64,000 nucleotides of DNA from Mobula hypostoma (taxonomy: Eukaryota), in the NCBI RefSeq assembly GCF_963921235.1, contig NC_086097.1, positions 234,238,001-234,302,000 of the forward strand, in the 5' to 3' direction. This document shows positions 47,008-60,585 of this stretch, in pieces (the stretch's first letter is position 1; each line of letters begins with the position of its first letter). A model generated the notes under the pieces. That model saw only the letters and a list, made by a program, of their open reading frames with translations, did no database searches and was not told the origin of the DNA. The position numbers and the translations under genes are program-made.

Positions 47008-50000
47008 TAGAATGGTTGGGGGGTGGGAATCAAATTGAAGAGGCTAGGCGTGAGGAGGTTAGTTCACAACAGAGGGATGGGAACCAGTGCAGAGAGACAG
47101 AGGGGTGTAAAGTGAGGGTAGAAGCAAAAAGTACAAAGGAGAAAAGTAAAAGTGGCAGGCCGACAAATCCAGGGCAAGCATTAAAAAGGGCCACTTTTCA
47201 ACATAATTGTATAAGGGCTAAGAGAGTTGTAAAAGAGCGCCTGAAGGCTTTATGTGTCAATGCAAGGAGCATTCGTAATAAGGTGGATGAATTGAAAGTG
47301 CAGATTGTTATTAATGATTATGATATAGTTGGGATCACAGAGACATGGCTCCAAGGTGACCAGGGATGGGAGCTCAACGTTCAGGGATATTCAATATTCA
47401 GGAGGGATAGACATGAAGGAAGGGGAGGTGGGGTGGCATTGCTGGTTAAAGAAGAGATTAACGCAATAGAAAGGAAGGACATAAGCCGGGAAGATGTGGA
47501 ATCGATATGGGTAGAGCTGCGTAACACTAAAGGGCAGAAGACGCTGGTGGGAGTTGTGTATAGGCCACCTAACAGTAGTAGTGAGGTTGGAGATGGTATT
47601 AAACAGGAAATTAGAATTGTGTGCAATAAAGGAACAGCAGTTATAATGGGTGACTTCAATCTACATGTAGACTGGGTGAACCAAATTAGTAAAGGTGCTG
47701 AGGAAGAGGATTTCTTGGAATGTATGCGGGATGGTTTGTTGAACCAACATGTGGAGGAACCAACAAGAGAGCAGGCTATTCTGGACTGGGTTTTGAGCAA
47801 TGAGGAAGGGTTAATTAGCGATCTTGTCGTGAGAGGCCCCTTGGGTAAGAGTGACCATAATATGGTGGAATTCTTCATTAAGATGGAGAGTGACATAGTT
47901 AATTCAGAAACAAAGGTTCTGAACTTAAAGAGGGGTAACTTTGAAGGTATGAGACGTGAATTAGCTAAGATAGACTGGCAAATGACACTTAAAAGATTGA
48001 CGGTGGATATGCAATGGCAAGCCTTTAAAGGTTGCATGGATGAACTACAACAATTGTTCATCCCAGTTTGGCAAAAGAATAAATCAAGGAAGGTAGTGCA
48101 CCCGTGGCTGACAAGAGAAATTAGGGATAGTATCAATTCCAAAGAAGAAGCATACAAATTAGCCAGAGAAAGTGGCTCACCTGAGGACTGGGAGAAATTC
48201 AGAGTTCAGCAGAGGAGGACAAAGGGCTTAATTAGGAAGGGGAAAAAAGATTATGAGAGAAAACTGGCAGGGAACATAAAAATGGACTGTAAAAGCTTTT
48301 ATAGATATGTAAAAAGGAAAAGACTGGTAAAGACAAATGTAGGTCCCCTGCAGACAGAAATAGGTGAATTGATTATGGGGAGCAAGGACATGGCAGACCA
48401 ATTGAATAATTACTTTGGTTCTGTCTTCACTAAGGAGGACATAAATAATCTTCCAGAAATAGTAGGGGACAGAGGGTCCAGTGAGATGGAGGAACTGAGC
48501 GAAATACATGTTAGTAGGGAAGTGGTGTTAGGTAAATTGAAGGGATTGAAGGCAGATAAATCCCCAGGGCCAGATGGTCTGCATCCTAGAGTGCTTAAGG
48601 AAGTAGCCCAAGAAATAGTGGATGCATTCGTGATAATTTTTCAAAACTCGTTAGATTCTGGACTAGTTCCTGAGGATTGGAGGGTGGCTAATGTAACCCC
48701 ACTTTTTAAAAAAGGAGGGAGAGAGAGACCGGGGAATTATAGACCAGTTGGCCTAACGTCGGTGGTGGGGAAACTGCTGGAGTCAGTTATCAAGGATGTG
48801 ATAACAACACATTTGGAAAGCGGTGAAATGATCGGACAAAGTCAGCATGGATTTGTGAAAGGAAAATCATGTCTAACGAATCTCAGAATTTTTTGAGGAT
48901 GTAACTAGTAGAGTGGATAGGGGAGAACCAGTGGATGTGGTATATTTGGATTTTCAAAAGGCTTTTGACAAGGTCCCACACAGGAGATTAGTGTGCAAAC
49001 TTAAAGCACACGGTATTGGGGGTAAGGTATTGATATGGGTGGAGAATTGGTTAGCAGACAGGAAGCAAAGAGTGGGAATAAACGGGACCTTTTCAGAATG
49101 GCAGGCGGTGACTAGTGGGGTACCGCAAGGCTCAGTGCTGGGACCCCAGTTGTTTACAATATATATTAATGACTTGGATGAGGGAATTAAATGCAGCATC
49201 TCCAAGTTTGCGGATGACACGAAGCTGGGTGGCAGTGTTAGCAGTGAGGAGGATGCTAAGAGGATGCAGGATGACTTGGATAGGTTGGGTGAGTGGGCAA
49301 ATTCATGGCAGATGCAATTTAATGTGGATAAATGTGAAGTTATCCACTTTGGTGGCAAAAATAGGAAAACAGATTATTATCTGAATGGTGGCTGATTAGG
49401 AAAAGGGGAGGTGCAACGAGACGTGGGTGTCATTATACACCAGTCATTGAAAGTGGGCATGCAGGTACAGCAGGCGGTGAAAAAGGCGAATGGTATGCTG
49501 GCATTTATAGCGAGAGGATTCGAGTACAGGAGCAGGGAGGTACTACTGCAGTTGTAAAAGGCCTTGGTGAGACCACACCTGGAGTATTGTGTGTAGTTTT
49601 GGTCCCCTAATCTGAGGAAAGACATCTTTGCCATAGAGGGAGTACAAAGAAGGTTCACCAGATTGATTCCTGGGATGGCATGACTTTCATATGAAGAAAG
49701 ACTGGATGAACTGGGCTTGTACTCGTTGGAATTTAGAAGATTGAGGTGGGATCTGATTGAAACGTGTAAGATCCTAAAGGGATTGGACAGGCTAGATGCA
49801 GGAAGATTGTTCCTGATGTTAGGGAAGTCCAGAACGAGGGGTCACAGTTTGAGGATAAAGGGGAAGCCTTTTAGGACCGAGATTAGGAAAAACTTCTTCA
49901 CACAGAGAGTGGTGAATCTGTGGAATTCTCTGCCACAGGAAACAGTTGAGGCCAGTTCATTGGCTATATTTAAGAGGGAGTTAGATATGGCCCTTGTGGC

Positions 50001-50046
50001 TATGGGGGTCAGGGGGTATGGAGGGAAGGCTGGGGCGGGGTTCTGA
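47001..50046 (+). pseudogene. CR1 ORF2 (APE endonuclease and RT) with a 2-bp deletion at ~48885 and stops at ~49393, 49555, 49593 and 49681
   Basis: Direct comparison with the open copies at 33980 and 60590. Confidence 0.9.
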
Positions 50047-52220
50047 GTTGGATGATCAGCCATGATCATAATAAATGGCGGTGCAGGCTCGAAGGACCGA
50101 ATGGCCTACTCCTGCACCTATTTTCTATGTTTCTATGTTTCTATGTTTCTATGTTCTCAGAGAAACGCACAGCACAGCAATTCTGTTTTGGTATGTTTCA
50201 TTGAGGCAGGGAAAGGATGGTGCGGTTAGAGATCCATGGTGCATAAAGGATGTAGACAATCTTGTTAAGAAAAAAAGAAAAACTTATGGAAAGTTCAAGA
50301 AACCAAGTGCTATTAGAGCTCTAGAAAATTAGAAGGTTGCTCGGAAGGAGCTTAAGGATTGAATCTTGAGGGCCAGAAGGGGCCATGAGAAGACCTTGGT
50401 GATCAGGTTCAAAGAAAACCCCGAGGCATTCTACAAGTATGCGAAGAGCAAGAGGATATGCTGTGTGAGAATAGGACCAATCAGGTGCAAAAGTGGAAAT
50501 GTGTGAATGGGGGTGGAGGAGGTAGTGGAGGTAGTTAATGAATACTTTGCTTCAGTATTCACATGGGAAAAAGAACTTGGTGATTGTGGGGATGAGTTAC
50601 AGCGGACTGAAACACTTGAACATATAGACATTAAGAAGAGGATGTGCTGGAGCTTTTGAAAAGCATTGAGTTAGATGAGTCATCGGAACTGGATGAAATA
50701 TACACCAGGCTACAGTGGGAAGCAAGGGAGGAGATTACTGAGACTCTTGCGATGATCTTTGCATCATCAATAGGGACAGCAGAAGTAGTGGAGGATTGGA
50801 GGGTTGCAAATGTTTTTCCCTTTGGTCAGGAAAGGAAATAGAGATAACCTAGGAAATTATAGAGCAGTGAGTCTGACTTCAGTGGTGGGCAAGTTGTTGG
50901 AGAAGATCCTGAGAGGCAGGATTTATGAGCATTTGAAGAGACATAATCTGATTAGGGATAGTCAGCATGGCTTTGTCAAGGGCAGGTTGTGTCTTATGAA
51001 CCTGATTAAATGCTTTGAGGATGTAACAAAACACATTGATGAAGTTAGAGCAGTGGATGTAGTGTCGGCAGATTTCAGTAAGGCATTTGATAAACTTCCT
51101 CATGCAAGGTTCCTTCAGAAAACAAGGAGGCATGGGATCCATGGAGACCTTGATTTGTGTATCCAGAATTAACTTGCCCACAGAAGGTGGTTGTAGATTG
51201 TTCATATTCTGCATGGAGGTCAGTGACCAGTGGTGTTCTGCAGGGATCTGTTCTGGGATCCCTCCTCTTTGTGATTTCTATAAATGATCTGGATGAAGAA
51301 GTAGAATGGTGGGTTAGTAAGTTTGCTGATGACACAAAGGTTGGGGGTAATCTGGAGGGTTGTCAAAGGTTACAGCAGGACATCTATAGGATGCAGAACT
51401 GGGCTGAGAATTAGCAGATGGACTTCAACCCAAGTAAGTATGAAGTGGTTCATTTTAGTAGGTCCAATTGAAGACAGAATATAAAATTAATGGTAAGACT
51501 CTTGGCAGTGTGGAGGATCTGAGAGATCTTAGGGTCCATGTTGATGGGACACTCTAAGCTGCTCCGCAGGTTGACAGTGTTGTTAAGAAGGCATTCATCA
51601 ACTGTGGGATTGAGTTCAAGAGCCATGAGGTAATGTTACAGCTACATAAGACCTTGGTCAGACCCCACTTGGAGTACTGTCTTCAGTTCTGGTCACCTCA
51701 CTACAGGAAGGATGTGGATACTATAAAGAGAATGCAGAAGAGATTTACAAGAATGTTGCTGGGATTGGAGGGTGTACCTTATGAAAATAGGTTGAGTGTA
51801 CTTGGCCTTTGCTCCTTGGAGTGATGGAGGATAGGAGGTGACCTGATAGAGGTGTATAAGATGATGAGGATAAAATAGGGAATTTTAAGAGACTCTGAGA
51901 TGGGTACACGGAGCTTAGAAAAAAAGAGGTCTATGGGGAGGGAAATTCTAGGCAGTTTCTAGAGTAGGTTACATGGTCAACACAACATTGTGGGCTGAAA
52001 GGCCTGTAATGTGCTGTTAATTTCTATGTTCTATGTTCTCTAATCACTTTCGAGAAGCCCAAGAAGTTTCTCGACAAATGGCTGCCTTTCCCTCCTTTCA
52101 AGATGGATCCTTCACCACTATTATTCATTAACAATAGATAACCAAATGGTTTTCCTATATCTAACCACTCCTGTTATCCCTTCTAGAACAGAGATGAGAA
52201 GAAAATTTCATTAACCAGAG

Positions 52221-52312
52221 CAGGGGTTCCTAGCCTGGGGGTCCAGAGTGTAATGGTATTGGTAATGAATAATGGTATTGTTCCAAGGCATAAAAAAGTT
52301 GGGAACCCCTTG
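52221..52312. mobile_element. hAT-type MITE
   Basis: caggggttcc...gggaacccct(t)g; 8-bp TSD AACCAGAG/AGCCAGAG; related copy at ~56574-56652. Confidence 0.72.
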
Positions 52313-52464
52313 AGCCAGAGTGCGGTGAATCTCTGGGATTCATCGTTACAGATAAATGGTTTTTGCTTAACATTGTTGAACGCAGAGTCAAAACACTACA
52401 GATGATATAAAGGTAATAGACCTACACTATCAAAGTTGTCTCTCAATATCTGCTGCCTAACATA

Positions 52465-52700
52465 GGTTCATAGAAAACTACAGCACAGAAAGAGGCCATG
52501 CGGCCCATCATCTGTGCTGTACTATTATTCCTCCTCGTCCCATCAACCTGCACCCAGACCATCTCCCTCTATACCCCTGTCATCCATGTACCCATCCAAA
52601 TTTCTTTTAAATGCTGAAATCAAATCCACATCCAACACTTCTACTGGCAGCTCGTTCCACATAAGAACTATATTCAATATCTTTCTGTTTACACTTTGAC
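52465..52700 (-). mobile_element. CR1 3' fragment
   Basis: MWNELPVEV...FKRNLDGYMDDRGIEG. Confidence 0.7.
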
Positions 52701-54804
52701 TTGAGTATAACATAACCATGTATCCTTTGGTGCACTTACAAATTACACAGAACAGTACAGACACTTCAGCCCATGATTATTCATTCCAAGGTCATTCCAA
52801 AGCATTTAAGCCCTCTAACTTTTTCATCCTTGTGAAAAAAAAACGTTACAGATAGCCATGTTTATGCTGCTTTATTTTTCCAGTCAATCTCCAAAATTTA
52901 TCTTATTTTCAAACATGTTCTAGCCATTTTTTTTCTAATTGAAGATTATATCTGCATATTCATAACAAAGAACTTGGGATTAACTAGCATCTTAACATAG
53001 TAAAAGTGATCTTTTTTTTTCACTAACGTTCTTGAAGTTTTGAACCGAACAGGTCTGGGCAGAGGCTTGGTCAAGGAACCAATTTTTAAAAGGGATGTCA
53101 AAAGAGGAATGATTTGCAAAGGGATTTGGTGGAATAAAGAAAGAAATCCAAGTCTAATGGCTAGGCATTAAATTACAAGTCTAATTGGAGGATGATCAGC
53201 AGTAGTAACTTTAAAGGCAGAATGTTTTATCGTCCTTATTGCTGTGCAAAATTATTTGGATTGTGTCAGACATTAAATGTGAATTACATAAGGAAATGGT
53301 GTGCATAAAGCATAACAAGGGAAGTTAATTTTGAAGGCAGAGTACCAGATCAATGGCAGGATCTTTGCAGTGTGGAGGAAGGATGTGATCTTGGAGTCCA
53401 GGTTCATAGATCCCTCAAAGATGTCATGTGTGGTTAAAAAAAGGCCTTTCTGGTGTGTTGGCCTTCACTAGTCAGAGGATTAATTTTCAGAGTTCTGGAG
53501 TAATTTGCAGCTCTGCACAACTCTGATTGGACCACATCTAGAGTATTGTATTTAGTTCTGGTCACCACATTACAGAGCAAGGAAAGAGTAATGCACGGAG
53601 GGAATTGGCACCTTTAGTTGAATGCTGGGTGTCTGCTTGATGACATATATTCTCTCCTGTCACTGGTATGGGGCTGCAGAAGATAGCAAGATAGGGTTGG
53701 AGCAAGTTTGAGATGGTGAGGTATTGCCAGATGTGGGATTGAAGTGGTCCAGGACCAGATGTTGGCCAATAACATGTGTGCACGGGCACCAGATGTAGTC
53801 AGTTCGAGATGTGGTGCATACCTGAGACAGCCAGCACCATTTGGGCAGGAGTATGGGGAAGGGCAACCCTAAACTTGCAGTAAGGCTGCACCATTCTTGG
53901 CAAAACCAGGAGTGGGGGAATATAGTTCTATCATATAAAAAACAGATGGTGGAACAGGATCCATATCCAGTCTGAAGCAAACTCTTATCCTTTACTCACC
54001 CTGAAACTTATTCTAGCCCATTCAACAATGCTCAGAGCTGCTGGATAATGGGCAGCGGGCAAAACTGAACCAGACTCAGACGTGACCTCCTTAATCCTCA
54101 CTCCTGAGCTGATCCAAGCATCTTGTGCTTTCATTGGCTTACATTATTTTGACATTTAATATGGAGTCATCTTAACTACTTATACAATTTTGGCTATAAA
54201 ACAAATAGATTTTATTAATTTTTTTGTAATGGAAATAAGGTGGAATTTTCAGTTATCTGGAACACTCAATGATAGGTCCATAAAACTTACATTGTTATTT
54301 GTGTAATTAGCCCATGCCAGTTTGATTTACTGAAGGATGCTCCAGCATCATTATTCCAAGTTAAGAGATTTAATAGATTAGCTTCATTTGTCACATGTAC
54401 ATCAAAACATACAGTGAAATGTAGTGAGTGAGGTAGTGCCTCAATTATTGTAGAGTGTACCATCCCCAGAAGGTCTCATGAGGGTCAAAGTTTCTGTTCT
54501 TATTAAGAAATTTAATAGATTATTGAAAGTATTGGCTACGAATGTGAGAGTAAAAAGATGTTGCACGGTTTTATTCTTGTAATTATTTTTTAAAATTATG
54601 AACAAAGTTTATTTTTAAATATAAAAAATGAAATCCGTCATTTACTTCAAAATATATCAGTGAGGATTGTGCTGTGGGCAGCCCACAAGTTTTGCCATAC
54701 TTCCAGCACCGACGTAGCATACCTACTATTCAATAAAGCTAACCTTAACTGTACATCCGTGGATTGTGAGAGGGAAGCAGAACATCTAGAGGAAAGCCGC
54801 ACGA

Positions 54805-55457
54805 TGTAACATATGTGATTCAGAAACAATGAGTGAATGTCTGTCAAGTGGTTTGATAGATTCTTTCTTAACTCGGGCTTATTGCTTATATGTAAACATT
54901 AATGTACTTTGTAAGTCCAAGGATTGATAATTGTCCGGGCACTGGGAAATTAAAGATAGTTGTGTGTGAATGAGATAACAAGGAATGATTATTAAAATGT
55001 CTAATGGATCTATGAGGGTATGCTGAATGAATACACGACGTGTGTCCGATGTAAACAGGCTGAGTTAATGCAAAATCAAAAAATCGAAGAATTAGTCTGT
55101 GTCTCAACAACTACACTTGAAAAGCTTGTGGCTACATTGAGCTGTTTTTTGAATTTTCTTAGGACTTCAACCAAGACTAGGATCATGTTTGGTGCCTAGG
55201 ACCAAAGGATAGTTTCACGAGTGAGTCGAAAATCGGATTTCCCCTGAAGGTGACTACAACCAGATTACGAATCGTGAGCCCAGTAATCTTTGTGACTTGC
55301 AGAAATCTCTGCGACTTGTAGTATTTCATGTGGTCTATTTGTGTTTTCTATTTTATGATAATAAATTATGCTTCAATTACTTTGTTGTGCTTGTACACTT
55401 ACTACCACATCTTCTGGACACTCAAGTAGTTGGGGCTGATTAACCCAGCCCATTACG
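54805..55457 (+). mobile_element. Solo LTR-like element inserted in a minus-strand V-SINE
   Basis: TGTAAC...TTACG termini, AATAAA near 55360; V-SINE sequence resumes on both sides; possible decayed TSD CACGA/CATGG. Confidence 0.6.
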
Positions 55458-56771
55458 CATGGTCAAGGAAAGAACATACCTTACAGACTACAGCAGGATT
55501 CATACCCTGATCAATAGCCACTGGTGCTTTGAAGCGATTGTGCTAACCGCTATGCTAAGTAAACAGTCAGTTCAAACCATGCTATTTAATATATTAACAC
55601 ATTATAACAGGCTGGGAGCATCTGTTCAAATTAAATTACGTTGATTACAACAGCTCCGCATTTCTTTAAGAGGAAGTACTTTATGGAGGACTAATGTTGA
55701 AAGGCATTCCAGTTATGCTAATTGTTTGCCGAGCTACTTTACTGAACATAGCAAGAGCAGGTGTCAGATTTTCAGCTCTGAAGGTCTTAGCAACACTAAG
55801 GGAGAAGAGAGATCCTTCACCCACAGGGGCCTGGAAGCCCTCAAAGTCAAAGGCAAAGTAAATTTATTATCAAAGATAGAGTGACTTTTCAACTTTGGAA
55901 CTTTAGAGGCATCTTTCTCAGTTTTGGTTATGACTTTATTCCCCAGAGCGTAGGAGAATATGGGGAGATTTGAGTTAGGTATACAAAGTTATGAGGGCTA
56001 TAGATAGGGTAAATGCAAGCAAGCTTTTTTTACTGAGGTTGGGTGAAACTAGAACTAGAGGTCATGGTTCAGGGTGAATTTTTTCCAAGCTAAGACATAA
56101 CATTACTTGAGAAAACCATTGAACTAATGAAGGGACAGAGGTATCTTTCCATTTCAATAAAATAGTCATGAGAATAAGGCATGACCTGGATGATGGGGGT
56201 CCTTAATGATGGACGCTGCCATTTTGAGGCACCGCTCCTTGAAGGTGTCCTGGATACTATGGAGACTAATGCTTGTGATGGAGCGGATTAAGTTTACAAC
56301 TCTTTGCAGCTTACTTCAATCCTGCGCAGCACACCACACCCCCCACCCCAGACGGCAATGCAACCGGTTAACTTGCAATTATTCTCATAATTCAGCTGAA
56401 TTCTTAATTCAGCAGAAATGGAAGTGTTCCTCTCTGTTGTGCAATAAGTGAATTCAAAGATAAATTATTTGTAGTTTTTGATATTAGTTCTAGTTAATGG
56501 TAGATTCTGAAGAACAATGAAGGAAACCTCAGCCATTACATCACTGCTCTGTAATATTCTGAAGTTGGTGAGAAAGGGTTCCAAACTTTTTTTATACAAT
56601 GGACTCCTACCATTAACCAATGGGTTCGTGGACTCCAGGTTGGGAACTCCAGACCTAGAGTTTGGTTGCACCCTGGAATGTACTCTCTGAGGAGGTGGTG
56701 GAGGCAGTGACTCATGCAACAATTTAAAAAGTATCTGGATGTGCTCTGGAATCACAAATGCATCAAAGGCA

Positions 56772-57708
56772 TAGCTCAAACACCATCTACAAATTTGCTG
56801 ACGATACAACCATTGTTGGTAGAATCTCAGGTGGTGACGAGAGGGCGTACAGGAGTGAGATATGCCAACTAGTGGAATGGTGCCGCAGCAACAACCTGAC
56901 ACTCAACGTCAGTAAGATGAAAGAGCTAATTGTGGACTTCAGGGAGGGTAAGACATAGGAACACATACCAATCCTCACAGAGGAAACAGAAGTGGAGAAA
57001 GTGAGAAGCTTGAAGTTCCTGGGTGTCAAGATCTCTGAGGATCTAACCTGGTCCCAACATATTGATGTAGTCATAAAGAAGGCAAGACAGTGGCTATACT
57101 TTATTAGGAGTTTGAAGCAATTTGGTATGTCAACAACTACGCTCAAAAACTTCTATAGTTGTACCGTGGAGAGCATTCTGACAGGCTGCATCACTGTCTG
57201 GTATGGAGGGGCTACTGCACAGGACCGAAAGAAGCTGCAGAAGGTTGTAAATCTGGTCAGCTCTATCATGGGCAATAGCCTACAAAGTACCCAGGACATC
57301 TTTAGGAAGCGGTGTCTCAGAAAGGCAGTGTCCATTATGAAAGACCTCCAGCACCCAGCGCATGCCCTTTTCTCACTGTTACCATCAGGTAGAAGGTACA
57401 GAAATCTGAAGGCACACACTCAGCAATTCAGGAACAGCTTCTTCCCCTCTGTCATCCGATTCCTAAATGGACTTTGAAGCTTTGAACACTACCTCACTTT
57501 TTTAATATAGAGTATATCTGTTTTTACACATTTTTAATAATCTATTCAATATATGTAATTGATTTACCTGTATATTTATTATTTTTTATTTTATTTATTA
57601 ATTTTTTCTCTCTCTCTCTGTTAGGTTATGTATTGCATTGAACTGCTGTTGCTAAGTTAACAAATTTCATGTCACATGCCGGTGATAATAAACCTGATTC
57701 TGATTCTG
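56772..57708 (+). mobile_element. 5'-truncated Rex1/Babar LINE
   Basis: KFADDTTIVGRIS...WCRSNNLTLNVSKMKELIVDFR; KFLGVKISEDLTWSQH...; stop at 56956; (CTGATT)n tail. Confidence 0.92.
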
Positions 57709-58007
57709 AAGACAACAGTGCAGGTAAATGGTGTGTGCGTAGATGGGTCCTTGAGGAGCAGATTGAAAATGGTGGGCTCAATAGCCCATTACTGTGCTAT
57801 ATAAACATGTGACTGTTTTCTCCGAGTTGCCTCTGGATCAGTTTCTGTGTCACAAAATTTTTTAACAGAAATACAGAAAAACATAGACAAAGAAGCTTTT
57901 AAGTCGTTCCTATGAAATTATGCTGCAGGCTCAAGTAAAGGTTTCAGTGAAATGTGTGGGTAAATTCTTCTGATTATCTCTAGCTAAAATGGAAAATGCA
58001 CTTTGTT

Positions 58008-58557
58008 ATATACACCTGTACACTGCTCATTATTACAAATATCTGATCTGCCAACATTGTGGCAACAACTCAATATATAAAAGCCTGCAGACATAGCCAA
58101 GGAGTTCAGTTGTTCAGACCAAATGTTAGAATGGGGAAGAAAAGTGATCTACCATGGAATGATTGTGGTGCCAGACAGGGTGGTTTGAATATCTCAGGAA
58201 CTGCTGATCTCCTGGGATTTTTGTGCACTGCCATCTCTGGAGTTTACAGGGAATGGTGTGAAAAACAAAAAAACATCCAGTGAGGAGCAGTTTCTGAGAG
58301 AAGGTCTTGTTTCTGAGAGAAGGTCTTGTTTCTGAGAGAAGTCAGAAAAGAGAATCGCCAGACTATTTCAAGCTGACAGGAAGGTGGCAGTAACTCAAGT
58401 AACTACACATTACAATAGTGGCGTTGAGAAGAGTGGCTCTGAACACACAATACATCAAACCATGAAGTGGGTGGACTACAGCAGTAGAAGACAATGAACA
58501 TACACCCAGTGGCCCACTTAATTAAGTACAGGAGTACTAAAGTGGCGACTGAGTGTA
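58008..58557 (+). mobile_element. Tc1/mariner deletion derivative
   Basis: MGKKSDL...GARQGGLNISGTADLLGFLCTAISGVYREWCEK (HTH region); ends with TIR ...aaagtggcgactgagtg-ta. Confidence 0.78.
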
Positions 58558-58985
58558 ATTTATTCAGATGTGCAATTATTGATAACTATTTTGATACAGT
58601 GAAAAGAAAAATCTGATCAACATAAAAAACTGATTTTGAATACGATAATACATCAGGATGTTATTCATCCAGCTGCACGTATACACATCCAATATGACCC
58701 CATGATTGCACTCATGTAAATAATGTCCAACGAACCAACTATATTTGGCACTTGACTGGATCGGTAGCTTTGGGGAGTAGCAGTAGGTCAGAGGAGGGTA
58801 TTTGTGCTCAGTGGTTCCTTCTAAGTACATTAACAGTGAATGGGCATGCCAGTAGTGGCGTCAGCTTGACTAGCATTCGTGAAACTCAGTACCACCAAAG
58901 GAAAGGATACATTCTGACTGGAACACAAACCACCATGACTAGTGCACTGGGGCTGTGGTTTGTACCTCCAAACTGCACTCATGTA

Positions 58986-59300
58986 ACATAGAACATAGAA
59001 TAGTACAGCACAATACAGGCCCTTCGGCCCACAATGTTATGCTGACCCTCAAACCCTGCCTCCTATATAACTCCCCACCCTAAATTCCTCCATATACCTG
59101 TCTAGTAGTCTCTTAAATTTCACTAGTGTATCTGCCTCCACCAGTGACTCAGGCACTGCATTCCACGCACCAACCACCCTCTGAGTAAAAAACCTTCCTC
59201 TAATATCCCCCTTGAACTTCCCACCCCTTACTTTAAAGCCATGTCCTCTTGTATTGAGCAGTGGTGCCCTGGGGAAGAGGCGCTGGCTGTCCACTTTATC
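58986..59300 (-). mobile_element. CR1 3' end
   Basis: QRLFP...TRGHGFKVRGGKFKGDIRGRFFTQRVVGAWN; (CATAGAA)n tail on plus. Confidence 0.88.
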
Positions 59301-60585
59301 GTAACACACGAGAGTTTCTCTGACAACCCTTTGAAACAAATGTGGGAGTAGACAATTTAAGTGGTTTAGTGCAAACTAGATGGTCTTGTTTCAGTGCTGA
59401 ACTTTTCTCTGAGTTTATGACTCTCTAACCTCTCCCATGGCCTAGATCATTGCTATATTGAAGAATAAGTTAACAAGAAGAATTACATCCAGGTTAACCC
59501 CATACAGAATCAGAACCAGGATATGATTGATTATCACTGACATATGTCATGAAATTTGTTGTTTTGTGGCAGTGGTCTAGTGATATGCATAAACAATTAC
59601 TGTAAGTTACAATAAGAAATATATTTAAAAATAAATAGTGCAATAAGAGAGCACAACGGTAAGGTGTGGGCCGATGTACCATTTAGCAACCTGACTGTGG
59701 AGGGGAAGCACCCTAACTAAGGTCAATGGTTTGGAGAAGACAGATGTGAACTATCATCTAGAACCGTTATTCTCCACATGCTGAAAGCACTCCCATAGTG
59801 CTGTTAATTAAGGAGCTGCAGGACTTAAAATCTGCAATGGTGAAGAAACAGTGGTATGTTTTCCAGAAGTGTGAAGAGTGTGACCTTACTAATTAAGCCC
59901 TATCCCATGAGAAAATAGTTGTTCAATAATATGGATAATTAAAGCATAAACGTGAAAGTAGACCAGGTGTTTCATTGTGTTAAAAAGATGGATATAACTC
60001 TAATTAAGTGAATTTGATTTTCATTCACAAATAAATGTGATTACAATTCTGGCAGCAGACCATATGCCGAGATCTGGAGGAGCAAAGAAATCATTCCACA
60101 TCTGGTCATGGACCCTAGTGACCATATCTGGTTTACATAACCATGAATATTATTTTTTACAAGGAGAAGCCATCATTCCCATGAAGTTTCCTAGATTTCA
60201 GGGTCCTGGCAGCTTCAAATCCACGGGAATTCTAGTGCATGGTACTGTATGTGGAATTTCTTCCTCTGCTCCGTACTGCTTCAGGCAGATGGGGCTCATC
60301 AGCCGTGGTTGGCAGCTCATCTAGGAAAAGGAAAACTCTGATCTCAATCCTTCACTGCCTTGTGGCTACACCTATTCAAGGGGAAGGCTACAGGAGAAAA
60401 ACACTGAAGAGAAATCTAGAGCTGGAGTCCCTAAATCAATCCTACTTTAAGTTCAATGCTGAGTGGAAGCTCCTGCAACATGAGTGGTGCCAAACTGTAT
60501 CGATCTCTGCCGTTCCTTTGGATTCATCAACTGTGTGGAGATGGGCAACAACTTGCTCTCCATGTCGTACCACTTAGGCTTATGT

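Larger units (their letters stand above)
46517..50154 (+). mobile_element. Young CR1 LINE, ~3.6 kb (ORF1 3' half and all of ORF2), disabled
   Basis: ORF1 SGNH esterase motifs VHIGTNDIG and DGLHLN; ORF2 NARS, ETWL, GDFN, SDH and FADD; (TTTCTATG)4 tail. Confidence 0.95.
46290..52040 (+). mobile_element. Old CR1 ORF2 (46290-46516 and 50155-52040) split by a young CR1
   Basis: LDLVLGNEPGQV...GDSNHN before the insertion; NYRAVSLTS, QHGF and FADD after it. Confidence 0.85.

Noticed and set aside
47381..48157. 258-aa antisense ORF (also 34612, 48954 and 60928 on minus)
   Set aside because: Shadow frames of CR1 ORF2; they recur only because the copies are near-identical.
58291..58341. 21-bp tandem duplication tttctgagagaaggtcttg
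   Set aside because: Ordinary slippage inside a Tc1 remnant.
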